This document shows positions 42,201-58,270 of a stretch of DNA of 64,000 bases, piece after piece. A program made the translations under genes and the position numbers. How positions within the stretch are numbered: position 1 is the stretch's first letter; every line of letters starts with the position of its first letter. The notes beneath the pieces were generated by a model. The model was not told where the DNA came from. It saw only the letters and a list, made by a program, of their open reading frames with translations, and made no database searches. The DNA is from Auanema rhodensis (Eukaryota > Animalia > Nematoda), in NCBI GenBank assembly GCA_964057225.1, contig OZ059900.1:2976001-3040000 (forward strand), written 5' to 3'.

Positions 42201-45200
42201 TTGAGTCTAATTTGGCTAAATCGCTCATATACATGATCAGAAGCATAGTTTTATTGTCTATGACAACAAAAGTCATCAATTAAACGCTAGTGATGTTTAA
42301 ATACTGATTTTCGCTCAAATAGCATTACTACACTAAGTATGGTCGTTTTTATGCCTTTAACACCATATACTCACCGATTTTTGGTACAAAATCTGTGATA
42401 CTCGTAAATTTTGATCATATTCGGTGAGATTCGAGAATCAAACACACAATACACGAAATAAGTTTATTTTTACGAGTTTGCACTGATATTTATTCATTTT
42501 GATCAAAAAAGGTCGAAAATAGAAAGAATTTTTGAAATTTCCGAGTTTTGAGTCTAATTTGGCTAAATCGCTCATATATATGATCAAAAGCATAGTTTTA
42601 CTGTCTATGATAACAAAAGTCTTCAAATATACACTAATAATGTGTAAATCACTGAATTTCACTCAAATAGCATTACTACACTAAGTATGGTCGTTTTTAT
42701 GCCTTTAACACCATATACTCACCGATTTTTGGTACAAAATCTGTGATACTCGTAAATTTTGATCATATTCGGTGAGATTCGAGAATCAAACACACAATAC
42801 ACGAAATAAGTTTATTTTTACGAGTTTGCACTGATATTTATTCATTTTGATCAAAAAAGGTCGAAAATAGAAAGAATTTTTGAAATTTCCGAGTTTTGAG
42901 TCTAATTTGGCTAAATCGCTCATATATATGATCAAAAGCATAGTTTTATTGTCTATGACAACAAAAGTCATCAATTAAACGCTAGTGATGTTTAAATACT
43001 GATTTTCGCTCAAATAGCATTACTACACTAAGTATGGTCGTTTTTATGCCTTTAACACCATATACTCACCGATTTTTGGTACAAAATCTGTGATACTCGT
43101 AAATTTTGATCATATTCGGTGAGATTCGAGAATCAAACACACAATGCACGAAATAAGTTTATTTTGACGAGTTTGCACTGATATTTATTCATTTTGATCA
43201 AAAAAGGTCGAAAATAGAAAGAATTTTTGAATTTTCCGAGTTTTGAGTCCAATTGGGCTAAATCGCTCATATATATGATCAAAAGCATAGTTTTACTGTC
43301 TATGATAACAAAAGTCTTCAAATCTACACTAATAATGTGTAAATCACTGAATTTCACTCAAATAGCATTACTACACTAAGTATGGTCGTTTTTATGCCTT
43401 TAACACCATATACTCACCGATTTTTGGTACAAAATCTGTGATACTCGTAAATTTTGATCATATTCGGTGAGATTCGAGAATCAAACACACAATACACGAA
43501 ATAAGTTTGTTTTTACGAGTTTGCACTGATATTTATTCATTTTGATCAAAAAAGGTCGAAAATAGAAAGAATTTTTGAAATTTCCGAGTTTTGAGTCTAA
43601 TTTGGCTAAATCGCTCATATATATGATCAAAAGCATAGTTTTATTGTCTATGACAACAAAAGTCATCAATTAAACGCTAGTGATGTTTAAATACTGATTT
43701 TCGCTCAAATAGCATTACTACACTAAGTATGGTCGTTTTTATGCCTTTAACACCATATACTCACCGATTTTTGGTACAAAATCTGTGATACTCGTAAATT
43801 TTGATCATATTCGGTGAGATTCGAGAATCAAACACACAATGCACGAAATAAGTTTATTTTGACGAGTTTGCACTGATATTTATTCATTTTGATCAAAAAA
43901 GGTCGAAAATAGAAAGAATTTTTGAATTTTCCGAGTTTTGAGTCCAATTGGGCTAAATCGCTCATATATATGATCAAAAGCATAGTTTTACTGTCTATGA
44001 TAACAAAAGTCTTCAAATATACACTAATGATGTGTAAATCACTGAATTTCACTCAAATAGCATTACTACACTAAGTATGGTCGTTTTTATGCCTTTAACA
44101 CCATATACTCACCGATTTTTGGTACAAAATCTGTGATACTCGTAAATTTTGATCATATTCGGTGAGATTCGAGAATCAAACACACAATACACGAAATAAG
44201 TTTATTTTTACGAGTTTGCACTGATATTTATTCATTTTGATCAAAAAAGGTCGAAAATAGAAAGAATTTTTGAAATTTCCGAGTTTTGAGTCTAATTTGG
44301 CTAAATCGCTCATATATATGATCAAAAGCATAGTTTTACTGTCTATGATAACAAAAGTCTTCAAATATACACTAATAATGTGTAAATCACTGAATTTCAC
44401 TCAAATAGCATTACTACACTAAGTATGGTCGTTTTTATGCCTTTAACACCATATACTCACCGATTTTTGGTACAAAATCTGTGATACTCGTAAATTTTGA
44501 TCATATTCGGTGAGATTCGAGAATCAAACACACAATACACGAAATAAGTTTATTTTTACGAGTTTGCACTGATATTTATTCATTTTGATCAAAAAAGGTC
44601 GAAAATAGAAAGAATTTTTGAAATTTCCGAGTTTTGAGTCTAATTTGGCTAAATCGCTCATATATATGATCAAAAGCATAGTTTTATTGTCTATGACAAC
44701 AAAAGTCATCAATTAAACGCTAGTGATGTTTAAATACTGATTTTCGCTCAAATAGCATTACTACACTAAGTATGGTCGTTTTTATGCCTTTAACACCATA
44801 TACTCACCGATTTTTGGTACAAAATCTGTGATACTCGTAAATTTTGATCATATTCGGTGAGATTCGAGAATCAAACACACAATGCACGAAATAAGTTTAT
44901 TTTGACGAGTTTGCACTGATATTTATTCATTTTGATCAAAAAAGGTCGAAAATAGAAAGAATTTTTGAATTTTCCGAGTTTTGAGTCTAATTTGGCTAAA
45001 TCGCTCATATATATGATCGAAAGCATAGTTTTACTGTCTATGATAACAAAAGTCTTCAAATATACACTAATAATGTGTAAATCACTGAATTTCACTCAAA
45101 TAGCATTACTACACTAAGTATGGTCGTTTTTATGCCTTTAACACCATATACTCACCGATTTTTGGTACAAAATCTGTAATACTCGTAAATTTTGATCATA

Positions 45201-46942
45201 TTCGTTAAGATTTGAGAATCAAACATACAATACACAAAATCAGTCTATTTTTATGAGCTTGCACTGATATATATTTATTTTGATCAAAAAAGGTCGAAAA
45301 TAGAAAGAATTTTTGAAATTTCCGAGTTTTGAGTCTAATTTGGCTAAATCGCTCATATACATGATCAGAAGCATAGTTTTATTGTCTATGACAACAAAAG
45401 TCATCAATTAAACGCTAGTGATGTTTAAATACTGATTTTCGCTCAAATAGCATTACTACACTAAGTATGGTCGTTTTTATGCCTTTAACACCATATACTC
45501 ACCGATTTTTGGTACAAAATCTGTGATACTCGTAAATTTTGATCATATTCGGTGAGATTCGAGAATCAAACACACAATACACGAAATAAGTTTATTTTTA
45601 CGAGTTTGCACTGATATTTATTCATTTTGATCAAAAAAGGTCGAAAATAGAAAGAATTTTTGAAATTTCCGAGTTTTGAGTCTAATTTGGCTAAATCGCT
45701 CATATATATGATCAAAAGCATAGTTTTACTGTCTATGATAACAAAAGTCTTCAAATATACACTAATAATGTGTAAATCACTGAATTTCACTCAAATAGCA
45801 TTACTACACTAAGTATGGTCGTTTTTATGCCTTTAACACCATATACTCACCGATTTTTGGTACAAAATCTGTGATACTCGTAAATTTTGATCATATTCGG
45901 TGAGATTCGAGAATCAAACACACAATACACGAAATAAGTTTATTTTTACGAGTTTGCACTGATATTTATTCATTTTGATCAAAAAAGGTCGAAAATAGAA
46001 AGAATTTTTGAAATTTCCGAGTTTTGAGTCTAATTTGGCTAAATCGCTCATATATATGATCAAAAGCATAGTTTTATTGTCTATGACAACAAAAGTCATC
46101 AATTAAACGCTAGTGATGTTTAAATACTGATTTTCGCTCAAATAGCATTACTACACTAAGTATGGTCGTTTTTATGCCTTTAACACCATATACTCACCGA
46201 TTTTTGGTACAAAATCTGTGATACTCGTAAATTTTGATCATATTCGGTGAGATTCGAGAATCAAACACACAATGCACGAAATAAGTTTATTTTGACGAGT
46301 TTGCACTGATATTTATTCATTTTGATCAAAAAAGGTCGAAAATAGAAAGAATTTTTGAATTTTCCGAGTTTTGAGTCTAATTTGGCTAAATCGCTCATAT
46401 ATATGATCAAAAGCATAGTTTTACTGTCTATGATAACAAAAGTCTTCAAATATACACTAATAATGTGTAAATCACTGAATTTCACTCAAATAGCATTACT
46501 ACACTAAGTATGGTCGTTTTTATGCCTTTAACACCATATACTCACCGATTTTTGGTACAAAATCTGTAATACTCGTAAATTTTGATCATATTCGTTAAGA
46601 TTTGAGAATCAAACATACAATACACAAAATCAGTCTATTTTTATGAGCTTGCACTGATATATATTTATTTTGATCAAAAAAGGTCGAAAATAGAAAAATT
46701 TTTTGAAATTTCCGAGTTTTGAGTCTAATTTGGCTAAATCGCTCATATACATGATCAGAAGCATAGTTTTATTGTCTATGACAACAAAAGTCATCAATTA
46801 AACGCTAGTGATGTTTAAATACTGATTTTCGCTCAAATAGCATTACTACACTAAGTATGGTCGTTTTTATGCCTTTAACACCATATACTCACCGATTTTT
46901 GGTACAAAATCTGTGATACTCGTAAATTTTGATCATATTCGG
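39298..46942. repeat. 4-monomer higher-order repeat (1390 bp, two 347-bp monomers), interrupted at ~43.1-44.1 kb; recurs at ~58.6-62.1 kb
   Basis: 39658->41048->42438, 40353->41743, 44871->46261 and 59325->60715->62105 all differ by 1390. The T-left monomer carries the diagnostic TATTTATTTTG and TACATGATCAG. Confidence 0.85.
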
Positions 46943-49900
46943 TGAGATTCGAGAATCAAACACACAATACACGAAATAAGTTTATTTTTACGAGTTTGCA
47001 CTGATATTTATTCATTTTGATCAAAAAAGGTCGAAAATAGAAAGAATTTTTGAATTTTCCGAGTTTTGAGTCCAATTGGGCTAAATCGCTCATATATATG
47101 ATCAAAAGCATAGTTTTACTGTCTATGATAACAAAAGTCTTCAAATCTACACTAATAATGTGTAAATCACTGAATTTCACTCAAATAGCATTACTACACT
47201 AAGTATGGTCGTTTTTATGCCTTTAACACCATATACTCACCGATTTTTGGTACAAAATCTGTGATACTCGTAAATTTTGATCATATTCGGTGAGATTCGA
47301 GAATCAAACACACAATACACGAAATAAGTTTATTTTTACGAGTTTGCACTGATATTTATTCATTTTGATCAAAAAAGGTCGAAAATAGAAAGAATTTTTG
47401 AAATTTCCGAGTTTTGAGTCTAATTTGGCTAAATCGCTCATATATATGATCAAAAGCATAGTTTTATTGTCTATGACAACAAAAGTCATCAATTAAACGC
47501 TAGTGATGTTTAAATACTGATTTTCGCTCAAATAGCATTACTACACTAAGTATGGTCGTTTTTATGCCTTTAACACCATATACTCACCGATTTTTGGTAC
47601 AAAATCTGTGATACTCGTAAATTTTGATCATATTCGGTGAGATTCGAGAATCAAACACACAATGCACGAAATAAGTTTATTTTGACGAGTTTGCACTGAT
47701 ATTTATTCATTTTGATCAAAAAAGGTCGAAAATAGAAAGAATTTTTGAATTTTCCGAGTTTTGAGTCCAATTGGGCTAAATCGCTCATATATATGATCAA
47801 AAGCATAGTTTTACTGTCTATGATAACAAAAGTCTTCAAATCTACACTAATAATGTGTAAATCACTGAATTTCACTCAAATAGCATTACTACACTAAGTA
47901 TGGTCGTTTTTATGCCTTTAACACCATATACTCACCGATTTTTGGTACAAAATCTGTGATACTCGTAAATTTTGATCATATTCGGTGAGATTCGAGAATC
48001 AAACACACAATGCACGAAATAAGTTTATTTTTACGAGTTTGCACTGATATTTATTCATTTTGATCAAAAAAGGTCGAAAATAGAAAGAATTTTTGAAATT
48101 TCCGAGTTTTGAGTCTAATTTGGCTAAATCGCTCATATATATGATCAAAAGCATAGTTTTATTGTCTATGACAACAAAAGTCATCAATTAAACGCTAGTG
48201 ATGTTTAAATACTGATTTTCGCTCAAATAGCATTACTACACTAAGTATGGTCGTTTTTATGCCTTTAACACCATATACTCACCGATTTTTGGTACAAAAT
48301 CTGTGATACTCGTAAATTTTGATCATATTCGGTGAGATTCGAGAATCAAACACACAATGCACGAAATAAGTTTATTTTGACGAGTTTGCACTGATATTTA
48401 TTCATTTTGATCAAAAAAGGTCGAAAATAGAAAGAATTTTTGAATTTTCCGAGTTTTGAGTCCAATTGGGCTAAATCGCTCATATATATGATCAAAAGCA
48501 TAGTTTTACTGTCTATGATAACAAAAGTCTTCAAATATACACTAATGATGTGTAAATCACTGAATTTCACTCAAATAGCTTTACTACACTAAGTATGGTC
48601 GTTTTTATGCCTTTAACACCATATACTCACCGATTTTTGGTACAAAATCTGTAATACTCGTAAATTTTGATCATATTCGTTAAGATTTGAGAATCAAACA
48701 TACAATACACAAAATCAGTCTATTTTTATGAGCTTGCACTGATATATATTCATTTTGATCAAAAAAGGTCGAAAATAGAAAGAATTTTTGAAATTTCCGA
48801 GTTTTGAGTCTAATTTGGCTAAATCGCTCATATATATGATCAAAAGCATAGTTTTACTGTCTATGATAACAAAAGTCTTCAAATATACACTAATAATGTG
48901 TAAATCACTGAATTTCACTCAAATAGCATTACTACACTAAGTATGGTCGTTTTTATGCCTTTAACACCATATACTCACCGATTTTTGGTACAAAATCTGT
49001 GATACTCGTAAATTTTGATCATATTCGGTGAGATTCGAGAATCAAACACACAATACACGAAATAAGTTTATTTTTACGAGTTTGCACTGATATTTATTCA
49101 TTTTGATCAAAAAAGGTCGAAAATAGAAAGAATTTTTGAAATTTCCGAGTTTTGAGTCTAATTTGGCTAAATCGCTCATATATATGATCAAAAGCATAGT
49201 TTTATTGTCTATGACAACAAAAGTCATCAATTAAACGCTAGTGATGTTTAAATACTGATTTTCGCTCAAATAGCATTACTACACTAAGTATGGTCGTTTT
49301 TATGCCTTTAACACCATATACTCACCGATTTTTGGTACAAAATCTGTGATACTCGTAAATTTTGATCATATTCGGTGAGATTCGAGAATCAAACACACAA
49401 TGCACGAAATAAGTTTATTTTGACGAGTTTGCACTGATATTTATTCATTTTGATCAAAAAAGGTCGAAAATAGAAAGAATTTTTGAATTTTCCGAGTTTT
49501 GAGTCCAATTGGGCTAAATCGCTCATATATATGATCAAAAGCATAGTTTTACTGTCTATGATAACAAAAGTCTTCAAATCTACACTAATAATGTGTAAAT
49601 CACTGAATTTCACTCAAATAGCATTACTACACTAAGTATGGTCGTTTTTATGCCTTTAACACCATATACTCACCGATTTTTGGTACAAAATCTGTGATAC
49701 TCGTAAATTTTGATCATATTCGGTGAGATTCGAGAATCAAACACACAATACACGAAATAAGTTTGTTTTTACGAGTTTGCACTGATATTTATTCATTTTG
49801 ATCAAAAAAGGTCGAAAATAGAAAGAATTTTTGAAATTTCCGAGTTTTGAGTCTAATTTGGCTAAATCGCTCATATATATGATCAAAAGCATAGTTTTAT

Positions 49901-52900
49901 TGTCTATGACAACAAAAGTCATCAATTAAACGCTAGTGATGTTTAAATACTGATTTTCGCTCAAATAGCATTACTACACTAAGTATGGTCGTTTTTATGC
50001 CTTTAACACCATATACTCACCGATTTTTGGTACAAAATCTGTGATACTCGTAAATTTTGATCATATTCGGTGAGATTCGAGAATCAAACACACAATGCAC
50101 GAAATAAGTTTATTTTGACGAGTTTGCACTGATATTTATTCATTTTGATCAAAAAAGGTCGAAAATAGAAAGAATTTTTGAATTTTCCGAGTTTTGAGTC
50201 CAATTGGGCTAAATCGCTCATATATATGATCAAAAGCATAGTTTTACTGTCTATGATAACAAAAGTCTTCAAATCTACACTAATAATGTGTAAATCACTG
50301 AATTTCACTCAAATAGCATTACTACACTAAGTATGGTCGTTTTTATGCCTTTAACACCATATACTCACCGATTTTTGGTGTTTTTGAAATTTCCGAGTTT
50401 TGAGTCTAATTTGGCTAAATCGCTCATATACATGATCAGAAGCATAGTTTTATTGTCTATGACAACAAAAGTCATCAATTAAACGCTAGTGATGTTTAAA
50501 TACTGATTTTCGCTCAAATAGCATTACTACACTAAGTATGGTCGTTTTTATGCCTTTAACACCATATACTCACCGATTTTTGGTACAAAATCTGTGATAC
50601 TCGTAAATTTTGATCATATTCGGTGAGATTCGAGAATCAAACACACAATACACGAAATAAGTTTATTTTTACGAGTTTGCACTGATATTTATTCATTTTG
50701 ATCAAAAAAGGTCGAAAATAGAAAGAATTTTTGAATTTTCCGAGTTTTGAGTCCAATTGGGCTAAATCGCTCATATATATGATCAAAAGCATAGTTTTAC
50801 TGTCTATGATAACAAAAGTCTTCAAATCTACACTAATAATGTGTAAATCACTGAATTTCACTCAAATAGCATTACTACACTAAGTATGGTCGTTTTTATG
50901 CCTTTAACACCATATACTCACCGATTTTTGGTACAAAATCTGTGATACTCGTAAATTTTGATCATATTCGGTGAGATTCGAGAATCAAACACACAATACA
51001 CGAAATAAGTTTATTTTTACGAGTTTGCACTGATATTTATTCATTTTGATCAAAAAAGGTCGAAAATAGAAAGAATTTTTGAAATTTCCGAGTTTTGAGT
51101 CTAATTTGGCTAAATCGCTCATATATATGATCAAAAGCATAGTTTTATTGTCTATGACAACAAAAGTCATCAATTAAACGCTAGTGATGTTTAAATACTG
51201 ATTTTCGCTCAAATAGCATTACTACACTAAGTATGGTCGTTTTTATGCCTTTAACACCATATACTCACCGATTTTTGGTACAAAATCTGTGATACTCGTA
51301 AATTTTGATCATATTCGGTGAGATTCGAGAATCAAACACACAATACACGAAATAAGTTTATTTTTACGAGTTTGCACTGATATTTATTCATTTTGATCAA
51401 AAAAGGTCGAAAATAGAAAGAATTTTTGAAATTTCCGAGTTTTGAGTCTAATTTGGCTAAATCGCTCATATATATGATCAAAAGCATAGTTTTATTGTCT
51501 ATGACAACAAAAGTCATCAATTAAACGCTAGTGATGTTTAAATACTGATTTTCGCTCAAATAGCATTACTACACTAAGTATGGTCGTTTTTATGCCTTTA
51601 ACACCATATACTCACCGATTTTTGGTACAAAATCTGTGATACTCGTAAATTTTGATCATATTCGGTGAGATTCGAGAATCAAACACACAATGCACGAAAT
51701 AAGTTTATTTTGACGAGTTTGCACTGATATTTATTCATTTTGATCAAAAAAGGTCGAAAATAGAAAGAATTTTTGAATTTTCCGAGTTTTGAGTCCAATT
51801 GGGCTAAATCGCTCATATATATGATCAAAAGCATAGTTTTACTGTCTATGATAACAAAAGTCTTCAAATCTACACTAATAATGTGTAAATCACTGAATTT
51901 CACTCAAATAGCATTACTACACTAAGTATGGTCGTTTTTATGCCTTTAACACCATATACTCACCGATTTTTGGTACAAAATCTGTGATACTCGTAAATTT
52001 TGATCATATTCGGTGAGATTCGAGAATCAAACACACAATACACGAAATAAGTTTGTTTTTACGAGTTTGCACTGATATTTATTCATTTTGATCAAAAAAG
52101 GTCGAAAATAGAAAGAATTTTTGAAATTTCCGAGTTTTGAGTCTAATTTGGCTAAATCGCTCATATATATGATCAAAAGCATAGTTTTATTGTCTATGAC
52201 AACAAAAGTCATCAATTAAACGCTAGTGATGTTTAAATACTGATTTTCGCTCAAATAGCATTACTACACTAAGTATGGTCGTTTTTATGCCTTTAACACC
52301 ATATACTCACCGATTTTTGGTACAAAATCTGTAATACTCGTAAATTTTGATCATATTCGTTAAGATTTGAGAATCAAACATACAATACACAAAATCAGTC
52401 TATTTTTATGAGCTTGCACTGATATATATTCATTTTGATCAAAAAAGGTCGAAAATAGAAAGAATTTTTGAAATTTCCGAGTTTTGAGTCTAATTTGGCT
52501 AAATCGCTCATATATATGATCAAAAGCATAGTTTTACTGTCTATGATAACAAAAGTCTTCAAATATACACTAATAATGTGTAAATCACTGAATTTCACTC
52601 AAATAGCATTACTACACTAAGTATGGTCGTTTTTATGCCTTTAACACCATATACTCACCGATTTTTGGTACAAAATCTGTGATACTCGTAAATTTTGATC
52701 ATATTCGGTGAGATTCGAGAATCAAACACACAATACACGAAATAAGTTTATTTTTACGAGTTTGCACTGATATTTATTCATTTTGATCAAAAAAGGTCGA
52801 AAATAGAAAGAATTTTTGAAATTTCCGAGTTTTGAGTCTAATTTGGCTAAATCGCTCATATATATGATCAAAAGCATAGTTTTATTGTCTATGACAACAA

Positions 52901-55900
52901 AAGTCATCAATTAAACGCTAGTGATGTTTAAATACTGATTTTCGCTCAAATAGCATTACTACACTAAGAATGGTCGTTTTTATGCCTTTAACACCATATA
53001 CTCACCGATTTTTGGTACAAAATCTGTGATACTCGTAAATTTTGATCATATTCGGTGAGATTCGAGAATCAAACACACAATGCACGAAATAAGTTTATTT
53101 TGACGAGTTTGCACTGATATTTATTCATTTTGATCAAAAAAGGTCGAAAATAGAAAGAATTTTTGAATTTTCCGAGTTTTGAGTCCAATTGGGCTAAATC
53201 GCTCATATATATGATCAAAAGCATAGTTTTACTGTCTATGATAACGAAAGTCTTCAAATCTACACTAATAATGTGTAAATCACTGAATTTCACTCAAATA
53301 GCATTACTACACTAAGTATGGTCGTTTTTATGCCTTTAACACCATATACTCACCGATTTTTGGTACAAAATCTGTGATACTCGTAAATTTTGATCATATT
53401 CGGTGAGATTCGAGAATCAAACACACAATACACGAAATAAGTTTGTTTTTACGAGTTTGCACTGATATTTATTCATTTTGATCAAAAAAGGTCGAAAATA
53501 GAAAGAATTTTTGAAATTTCCGAGTTTTGAGTCTAATTTGGCTAAATCGCTCATATATATGATCAAAAGCATAGTTTTATTGTCTATGACAACAAAAGTC
53601 ATCAATTAAACGCTAGTGATGTTTAAATACTGATTTTCGCTCAAATAGCATTACTACACTAAGTATGGTCGTTTTTATGCCTTTAACACCATATACTCAC
53701 CGATTTTTGGTACAAAATCTGTGATACTCGTAAATTTTGATCATATTCGGTGAGATTCGAGAATCAAACACACAATGCACGAAATAAGTTTATTTTGACG
53801 AGTTTGCACTGATATTTATTCATTTTGATCAAAAAAGGTCGAAAATAGAAAGAATTTTTGAATTTTCCGAGTTTTGAGTCCAATTGGGCTAAATCGCTCA
53901 TATATATGATCAAAAGCATAGTTTTACTGTCTATGATAACAAAAGTCTTCAAATCTACACTAATAATGTGTAAATCACTGAATTTCACTCAAATAGCATT
54001 ACTACACTAAGTATGGTCGTTTTTATGCCTTTAACACCATATACTCACCGATTTTTGGTACAAAATCTGTGATACTCGTAAATTTTGATCATATTCGGTG
54101 AGATTCGAGAATCAAACACACAATACACGAAATAAGTTTATTTTTACGAGTTTGCACTGATATTTATTCATTTTGATCAAAAAAGGTCGAAAATAGAAAG
54201 AATTTTTGAAATTTCCGAGTTTTGAGTCTAATTTGGCTAAATCGCTCATATATATGATCAAAAGCATAGTTTTATTGTCTATGACAACAAAAGTCATCAA
54301 TTAAACGCTAGTGATGTTTAAATACTGATTTTCGCTCAAATAGCATTACTACACTAAGTATGGTCGTTTTTATGCCTTTAACACCATATACTCACCGATT
54401 TTTGGTACAAAATCTGTGATACTCGTAAATTTTGATCATATTCGGTGAGATTCGAGAATCAAACACACAATGCACGAAATAAGTTTATTTTGACGAGTTT
54501 GCACTGATATTTATTCATTTTGATCAAAAAAGGTCGAAAATAGAAAGAATTTTTGAATTTTCCGAGTTTTGAGTCCAATTGGGCTAAATCGCTCATATAT
54601 ATGATCAAAAGCATAGTTTTACTGTCTATGATAACAAAAGTCTTCAAATATACACTAATGATGTGTAAATCACTGAATTTCACTCAAATAGCATTACTAC
54701 ACTAAGTATGGTCGTTTTTATGCCTTTAACACCATATACTCACCGATTTTTGGTACAAAATCTGTGATACTCGTAAATTTTGATCATATTCGGTGAGATT
54801 CGAGAATCAAACACACAATACACGAAATAAGTTTATTTTTACGAGTTTGCACTGATATTTATTCATTTTGATCAAAAAAGGTCGAAAATAGAAAGAATTT
54901 TTGAAATTTCCGAGTTTTGAGTCTAATTTGGCTAAATCGCTCATATATATGATCAAAAGCATAGTTTTACTGTCTATGATAACAAAAGTCTTCAAATATA
55001 CACTAATAATGTGTAAATCACTGAATTTCACTCAAATAGCATTACTACACTAAGTATGGTCGTTTTTATGCCTTTAACACCATATACTCACCGATTTTTG
55101 GTACAAAATCTGTGATACTCGTAAATTTTGATCATATTCGGTGAGATTCGAGAATCAAACACACAATACACGAAATAAGTTTATTTTTACGAGTTTGCAC
55201 TGATATTTATTCATTTTGATCAAAAAAGGTCGAAAATAGAAAGAATTTTTGAAATTTCCGAGTTTTGAGTCTAATTTGGCTAAATCGCTCATATATATGA
55301 TCAAAAGCATAGTTTTATTGTCTATGACAACAAAAGTCATCAATTAAACGCTAGTGATGTTTAAATACTGATTTTCGCTCAAATAGCATTACTACACTAA
55401 GTATGGTCGTTTTTATGCCTTTAACACCATATACTCACCGATTTTTGGTACAAAATCTGTGATACTCGTAAATTTTGATCATATTCGGTGAGATTCGAGA
55501 ATCAAACACACAATGCACGAAATAAGTTTATTTTGACGAGTTTGCACTGATATTTATTCATTTTGATCAAAAAAGGTCGAAAATAGAAAGAATTTTTGAA
55601 TTTTCCGAGTTTTGAGTCTAATTTGGCTAAATCGCTCATATATATGATCGAAAGCATAGTTTTACTGTCTATGATAACAAAAGTCTTCAAATATACACTA
55701 ATAATGTGTAAATCACTGAATTTCACTCAAATAGCATTACTACACTAAGTATGGTCGTTTTTATGCCTTTAACACCATATACTCACCGATTTTTGGTACA
55801 AAATCTGTAATACTCGTAAATTTTGATCATATTCGTTAAGATTTGAGAATCAAACATACAATACACAAAATCAGTCTATTTTTATGAGCTTGCACTGATA

Positions 55901-58270
55901 TATATTTATTTTGATCAAAAAAGGTCGAAAATAGAAAAATTTTTTGAAATTTCCGAGTTTTGAGTCTAATTTGGCTAAATCGCTCATATACATGATCAGA
56001 AGCATAGTTTTATTGTCTATGACAACAAAAGTCATCAATTAAACGCTAGTGATGTTTAAATACTGATTTTCGCTCAAATAGCATTACTACACTAAGTATG
56101 GTCGTTTTTATGCCTTTAACACCATATACTCACCGATTTTTGGTACAAAATCTGTGATACTCGTAAATTTTGATCATATTCGGTGAGATTCGAGAATCAA
56201 ACACACAATACACGAAATAAGTTTATTTTTACGAGTTTGCACTGATATTTATTCATTTTGATCAAAAAAGGTCGAAAATAGAAAGAATTTTTGAATTTTC
56301 CGAGTTTTGAGTCCAATTGGGCTAAATCGCTCATATATATGATCAAAAGCATAGTTTTACTGTCTATGATAACAAAAGTCTTCAAATATACACTAATGAT
56401 GTGTAAATCACTGAATTTCACTCAAATAGCTTTACTACACTAAGTATGGTCGTTTTTATGCCTTTAACACCATATACTCACCGATTTTTGGTACAAAATC
56501 TGTAATACTCGTAAATTTTGATCATATTCGTTAAGATTTGAGAATCAAACATACAATACACAAAATCAGTCTATTTTTATGAGCTTGCACTGATATATAT
56601 TCATTTTGATCAAAAAAGGTCGAAAATAGAAAGAATTTTTGAAATTTCCGAGTTTTGAGTCTAATTTGGCTAAATCGCTCATATATATGATCAAAAGCAT
56701 AGTTTTACTGTCTATGATAACAAAAGTCTTCAAATATACACTAATAATGTGTAAATCACTGAATTTCACTCAAATAGCATTACTACACTAAGTATGGTCG
56801 TTTTTATGCCTTTAACACCATATACTCACCGATTTTTGGTACAAAATCTGTGATACTCGTAAATTTTGATCATATTCGGTGAGATTCGAGAATCAAACAC
56901 ACAATACACGAAATAAGTTTATTTTTACGAGTTTGCACTGATATTTATTCATTTTGATCAAAAAAGGTCGAAAATAGAAAGAATTTTTGAAATTTCCGAG
57001 TTTTGAGTCTAATTTGGCTAAATCGCTCATATATATGATCAAAAGCATAGTTTTATTGTCTATGACAACAAAAGTCATCAATTAAACGCTAGTGATGTTT
57101 AAATACTGATTTTCGCTCAAATAGCATTACTACACTAAGTATGGTCGTTTTTATGCCTTTAACACCATATACTCACCGATTTTTGGTACAAAATCTGTGA
57201 TACTCGTAAATTTTGATCATATTCGGTGAGATTCGAGAATCAAACACACAATACACGAAATAAGTTTGTTTTTACGAGTTTGCACTGATATTTATTCATT
57301 TTGATCAAAAAAGGTCGAAAATAGAAAGAATTTTTGAAATTTCCGAGTTTTGAGTCTAATTTGGCTAAATCGCTCATATATATGATCAAAAGCATAGTTT
57401 TATTGTCTATGACAACAAAAGTCATCAATTAAACGCTAGTGATGTTTAAATACTGATTTTCGCTCAAATAGCATTACTACACTAAGTATGGTCGTTTTTA
57501 TGCCTTTAACACCATATACTCACCGATTTTTGGTACAAAATCTGTGATACTCGTAAATTTTGATCATATTCGGTGAGATTCGAGAATCAAACACACAATG
57601 CACGAAATAAGTTTATTTTGACGAGTTTGCACTGATATTTATTCATTTTGATCAAAAAAGGTCGAAAATAGAAAGAATTTTTGAATTTTCCGAGTTTTGA
57701 GTCCAATTGGGCTAAATCGCTCATATATATGATCAAAAGCATAGTTTTACTGTCTATGATAACAAAAGTCTTCAAATCTACACTAATAATGTGTAAATCA
57801 CTGAATTTCACTCAAATAGCATTACTACACTAAGTATGGTCGTTTTTATGCCTTTAACACCATATACTCACCGATTTTTGGTACAAAATCTGTGATACTC
57901 GTAAATTTTGATCATATTCGGTGAGATTCGAGAATCAAACACACAATACACGAAATAAGTTTATTTTTACGAGTTTGCACTGATATTTATTCATTTTGAT
58001 CAAAAAAGGTCGAAAATAGAAAGAATTTTTGAAATTTCCGAGTTTTGAGTCTAATTTGGCTAAATCGCTCATATATATGATCAAAAGCATAGTTTTATTG
58101 TCTATGACAACAAAAGTCATCAATTAAACGCTAGTGATGTTTAAATACTGATTTTCGCTCAAATAGCATTACTACACTAAGTATGGTCGTTTTTATGCCT
58201 TTAACACCATATACTCACCGATTTTTGGTACAAAATCTGTGATACTCGTAAATTTTGATCATATTCGGTG
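46943..58270. repeat. Region enriched in a 695-bp dimer (CCAATTGG/AATCTACAC monomer + 347-bp monomer)
   Basis: 46956->47651, 49389->50084 and 53069->53764 differ by 695. 'SVDLK' 74-aa and 62-aa ORF types alternate in the ORF track. Confidence 0.75.
50341..50623. other. Deletion junction and truncated monomer (net loss 142 bp)
   Basis: The sequence reads ...CTCACCGATTTTTGGT-G-TTTTTGAAATTTCCGAG at 50379/50381. Anchor spacing 50084->50637 is 553 instead of 695. Confidence 0.95.
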
